This document shows, piece by piece, positions 25,713 to 28,250 of a stretch of 28,250 nt of DNA. Position 1 is the stretch's first letter, and each line of letters begins with the position of its first letter. The notes under the pieces are model-generated. The model made no database searches and was not told where the DNA came from. It saw only the letters and a list, made by a program, of their open reading frames with translations. The DNA is from Promethearchaeota archaeon (GTDB lineage Archaea; Asgardarchaeota; Lokiarchaeia; Sigyniarchaeales; SOKP01): NCBI GenBank assembly GCA_019894975.1, contig JAGXNO010000043.1, positions 1 through 28,250 of the forward strand, written 5' to 3'. The position numbers and the translations under genes were made by a program.

Positions 25713-27782
25713 TTATCTTGTAATTTCGTATTTATAATCTGCAGGACCTATAGTAGGACTTACAATCACAATTAAATAACCATCTTCTTGTATATATCCA
25801 CTCAAATCTAAAGACCCACGCTCGGTTATATCATCGAGTGATAATTTAATCACTTCAGTGTAAGATGGAATTTCATTATTGATAGTAACATCAACAATAG
25901 ATACTTCAAAATCAGTTTCAGGGAGAGGGGGCGTTGTAAATACAACCAAATCATCTGCATCATCAATTAAAACATCGTTAACCGCAATATCATCAACCCA
26001 CCATCCAGGATTTTCAGTTCCCCAATCCGTCATGTACCTAAAACTTAAAAGAACTGTTTGTCCTGCATAAGGTGTAAGATTAAAATTCATAGTTTCCCAA
26101 CCAAATGAACCTGTTAATCCTGGTAGATTTTCTACAATCGTAGGATATGCATCAGGATCATGGTCTATTGTTGTATACTCATTTTCTAATGAAATCCAAG
26201 TTTCCCCGTTATTTTCAGATATTTGAACAAATCCATAATCCCAAAGTTCTTCAATGTCAAAATATGTGTTAAAAGATAGAGTAACCGTTCCTGTAGGGAC
26301 GTCAATAATAGTATTCATTGAAAGATCCTTTTCTGGTCCAGCAGTTGTAGAATACCACTCTAGATCTCCATCTCCATCTTGATCTACCCTTGTCCAGATA
26401 GGTGGTTTTGCAACATCATCACCATCGAATATAAATTCTTGACTCATTGACTCACTTAATCCACTTAACATAAAGTAATCTGTACCATATGATCCTACTA
26501 AATATACGTCTGTATTTTTGTGTAAAATTGTTTTTGTTTGACCAAAATCTACTCCATTAGTTGGAGGTAACCATGGTCTTTTGACCTCATAAACTCTAAT
26601 TGGGTCTGCGTCCTCGCACCCTAAATCAATTGTAAGATAGTTATATTTTCCATTTCCGATTTCGTTTGTATGCAAAATATTTGCTAGGGTCCAATCGTAG
26701 AATACTTCTTCAAAAGTTTCAGTAGCCCCAAAGTAATTAAGCGCATTATTAATCCCTTCTATCCCCGGAATTCCTGTTTTTACAAAATAGCTAATAAATT
26801 CTGCTCCCCCGTAATGATCACTTAAATAAATTGACCATAGTAATCCTTGCCCATAATCAGCCAAAATATTAATGTCTCCTTGATCTCCCCACACTGTTAA
26901 CGAATTGTCTGGAGTTGCAAGAAAACTATTAATCGATCCCCAATCAATAGGATAACCACATAAAGGTTCCGCGTACATTGAGCATCCTTCATTCATGAAT
27001 ATATCATCTTCAGGGTTATAATCATCGTGAATGAGGTGTTGATATTCGTGAGCGACAGTTGCCTCATAAAGGTTTGGTCTAGCCGCATCGTCACCTACCC
27101 TGTTTTCCCAGTCAGCACTATCAATCGAAATTATATTCCTATCAAATTGCCTTTCAAAATAGGACCAGTAGAATCCTACAATGTAATAAGGATAACTTCT
27201 GCTATAATATGCCTCATCTCTAATATTAGAAACCAAAATTACTGTTCTTCCACTATTATCCTCGTAAGTTCCTTCTGGAACTACTCCATCTATTACTAAC
27301 TGAGAATTGCTTCCATTATGAAAATCAGGTTCTCCGAAGTAATCATTGCAAACTGGGGCGATATCAATTTCAAATTCTTCTAACATATAATTTGCCTGTT
27401 CATCTGTTACTACAGGTACATCCCTTCCATCTGGATACGCCATATCAACTTGAACCCAAAGTTCAACAGTCGCACCGATGGATCTTAATTCAAACGTATC
27501 AAAAAATGTTTCTCCCGTATAATCGTCAAGTATCAACCAGTCTAAAAGATCACCGACCGCATAGTAATCAAGACTAGCGATCATTAATCCTGGCGTTGTG
27601 TCATGTTGCGAAAATGACCCTCTTATAGGTAATTCTTTTGTTCTCAATTCATAACCAATATCAATGGGGACTAATTCTATGGATTCTGTATTAGAAACTA
27701 AGGTAAATCCAAATATGAGCCCCATTGATATTGGAACAATTAAAAGAATAAAAAGAGTTGAAATTTTAGTAGATTTCTTCAT
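25713..27782 (-). CDS. Secreted zinc metalloprotease, immune inhibitor A (M6)-like
   Basis: Signal/anchor peptide, HEYQHLIH zinc motif and downstream MNEG. C-terminal InhA-like beta domain FDIEELWDYGFVQIS..G.TW.SL...GLTG..GW....FNLTPYAGQTV...FRYMTD......GWWVDDI. Confidence 0.88.
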   Translation of the reverse strand: MKKSTKISTLFILLIVPISMGLIFGFTLVSNTESIELVPIDIGYELRTKELPIRGSFSQHDTTPGLMIASLDYYAVGDLLDWLILDDYTGETFFDTFELRSIGATVELWVQVDMAYPDGRDVPVVTDEQANYMLEEFEIDIAPVCNDYFGEPDFHNGSNSQLVIDGVVPEGTYEDNSGRTVILVSNIRDEAYYSRSYPYYIVGFYWSYFERQFDRNIISIDSADWENRVGDDAARPNLYEATVAHEYQHLIHDDYNPEDDIFMNEGCSMYAEPLCGYPIDWGSINSFLATPDNSLTVWGDQGDINILADYGQGLLWSIYLSDHYGGAEFISYFVKTGIPGIEGINNALNYFGATETFEEVFYDWTLANILHTNEIGNGKYNYLTIDLGCEDADPIRVYEVKRPWLPPTNGVDFGQTKTILHKNTDVYLVGSYGTDYFMLSGLSESMSQEFIFDGDDVAKPPIWTRVDQDGDGDLEWYSTTAGPEKDLSMNTIIDVPTGTVTLSFNTYFDIEELWDYGFVQISENNGETWISLENEYTTIDHDPDAYPTIVENLPGLTGSFGWETMNFNLTPYAGQTVLLSFRYMTDWGTENPGWWVDDIAVNDVLIDDADDLVVFTTPPLPETDFEVSIVDVTINNEIPSYTEVIKLSLDDITERGSLDLSGYIQEDGYLIVIVSPTIGPADYKYEITR

Positions 27783-27865
27783 AATTTTTTCCTTATAAAA
27801 TATGTTAAAGAGAAAAATTTAAATGAATAAAAAAGAAATAAGGTATATTTCTCCCCAATTGACAA

Positions 27866-28159
27866 TTGTGTAAAATTGAGAAAACCGAAATTATGACGGT
27901 AGTACAGTGTTTACATTGGTTGTGTTGTTGTAATAAGCGACTAAGAATTTAAATGTAGTTTTTTTTTAAAAATTTGAATAACTATTTTTCTTTGCGTTTA
28001 ATCACTACACACTACTACACAACATAATAAATAATGATTAGAAGGCTCTTACTCACATTTTTCTAACCTATACACTTTTGTCTATACACACTAAAAACCA
28101 CAACATTTATATACTAGTTTACACACTTTATGATCAGAGAACACAACATTAATACACAC
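27866..28159. repeat. Non-coding tract with dispersed TACACA(C) / ACACAACAT motifs
   Basis: TACAC at 28006, 28016, 28071, 28085, 28120, 28153. ACACAACAT at 28017 and 28141, CCACAACAT at 28098. Reverse-orientation TTGTGTA at 27866 and GTTGTGT at 27920. Confidence 0.55.
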
Positions 28160-28250
28160 GAAAAAAAATAAAAAAAGGTTGAAAAAAAAAAATGAATCAA
28201 AAAAAATTGGAAGGAAAAGAATTAATAATTATTAGAAATCTGTATTACGT

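Noticed and set aside
15691-27577. ORFs 15691..15882, 19172..19441, 22646..22990, 23523..23882, 24896..25189, 25104..25313, 25879..26070, 27027..27299 and 27392..27577
   Set aside because: They overlap better-supported genes on the opposite strand and have no recognisable motifs.
27860-28250. CRISPR array or tRNA in the terminal non-coding region
   Set aside because: No regularly spaced 25-40 nt repeats, no cloverleaf or T-loop GTTCGA motif, and the GC content is far too low for a stable RNA gene.

Overview
AT-rich (roughly 30% GC by eye), gene-dense window that is most likely from an Asgard archaeon of the Lokiarchaeia/Promethearchaeota lineage. This is an inference from roadblock and longin-like domains, a Rab-like GTPase, Loki-type LRR/TPR scaffolds, TATA-like boxes and oligo-T tracts after genes. 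I see about 30 CDS and no rRNA, tRNA, CRISPR array or transposase. The left half holds a large single-pass surface protein with a cytoplasmic longin-like tail, two convergent FabK/nitronate-monooxygenase paralogs, and general enzymes (GNAT, EamA, hotdog fold, alpha/beta hydrolase, Tag glycosylase, SagB-type nitroreductase, polyferredoxin). The standout is a 964-aa fusion at 5324..8218 (-): roadblock-like domain, Rab-like small GTPase, about 10 LRRs and about 8 TM helices. Its G3 motif (WDTGGL) naturally has Leu where Ras/Rab proteins have the catalytic Gln. The right half is an accessory region of small membrane and zinc-ribbon proteins, an orphan roadblock/LC7 gene, a divergent paralog pair flanking a DUF2695-like gene, a TM-anchored TPR protein, a truncated MmgE/PrpD remnant and a secreted M6-like metalloprotease. 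It ends in a non-coding tract with repeated TACACA/ACACAACAT motifs. All domain calls come from motif recognition by eye; no searches were run.
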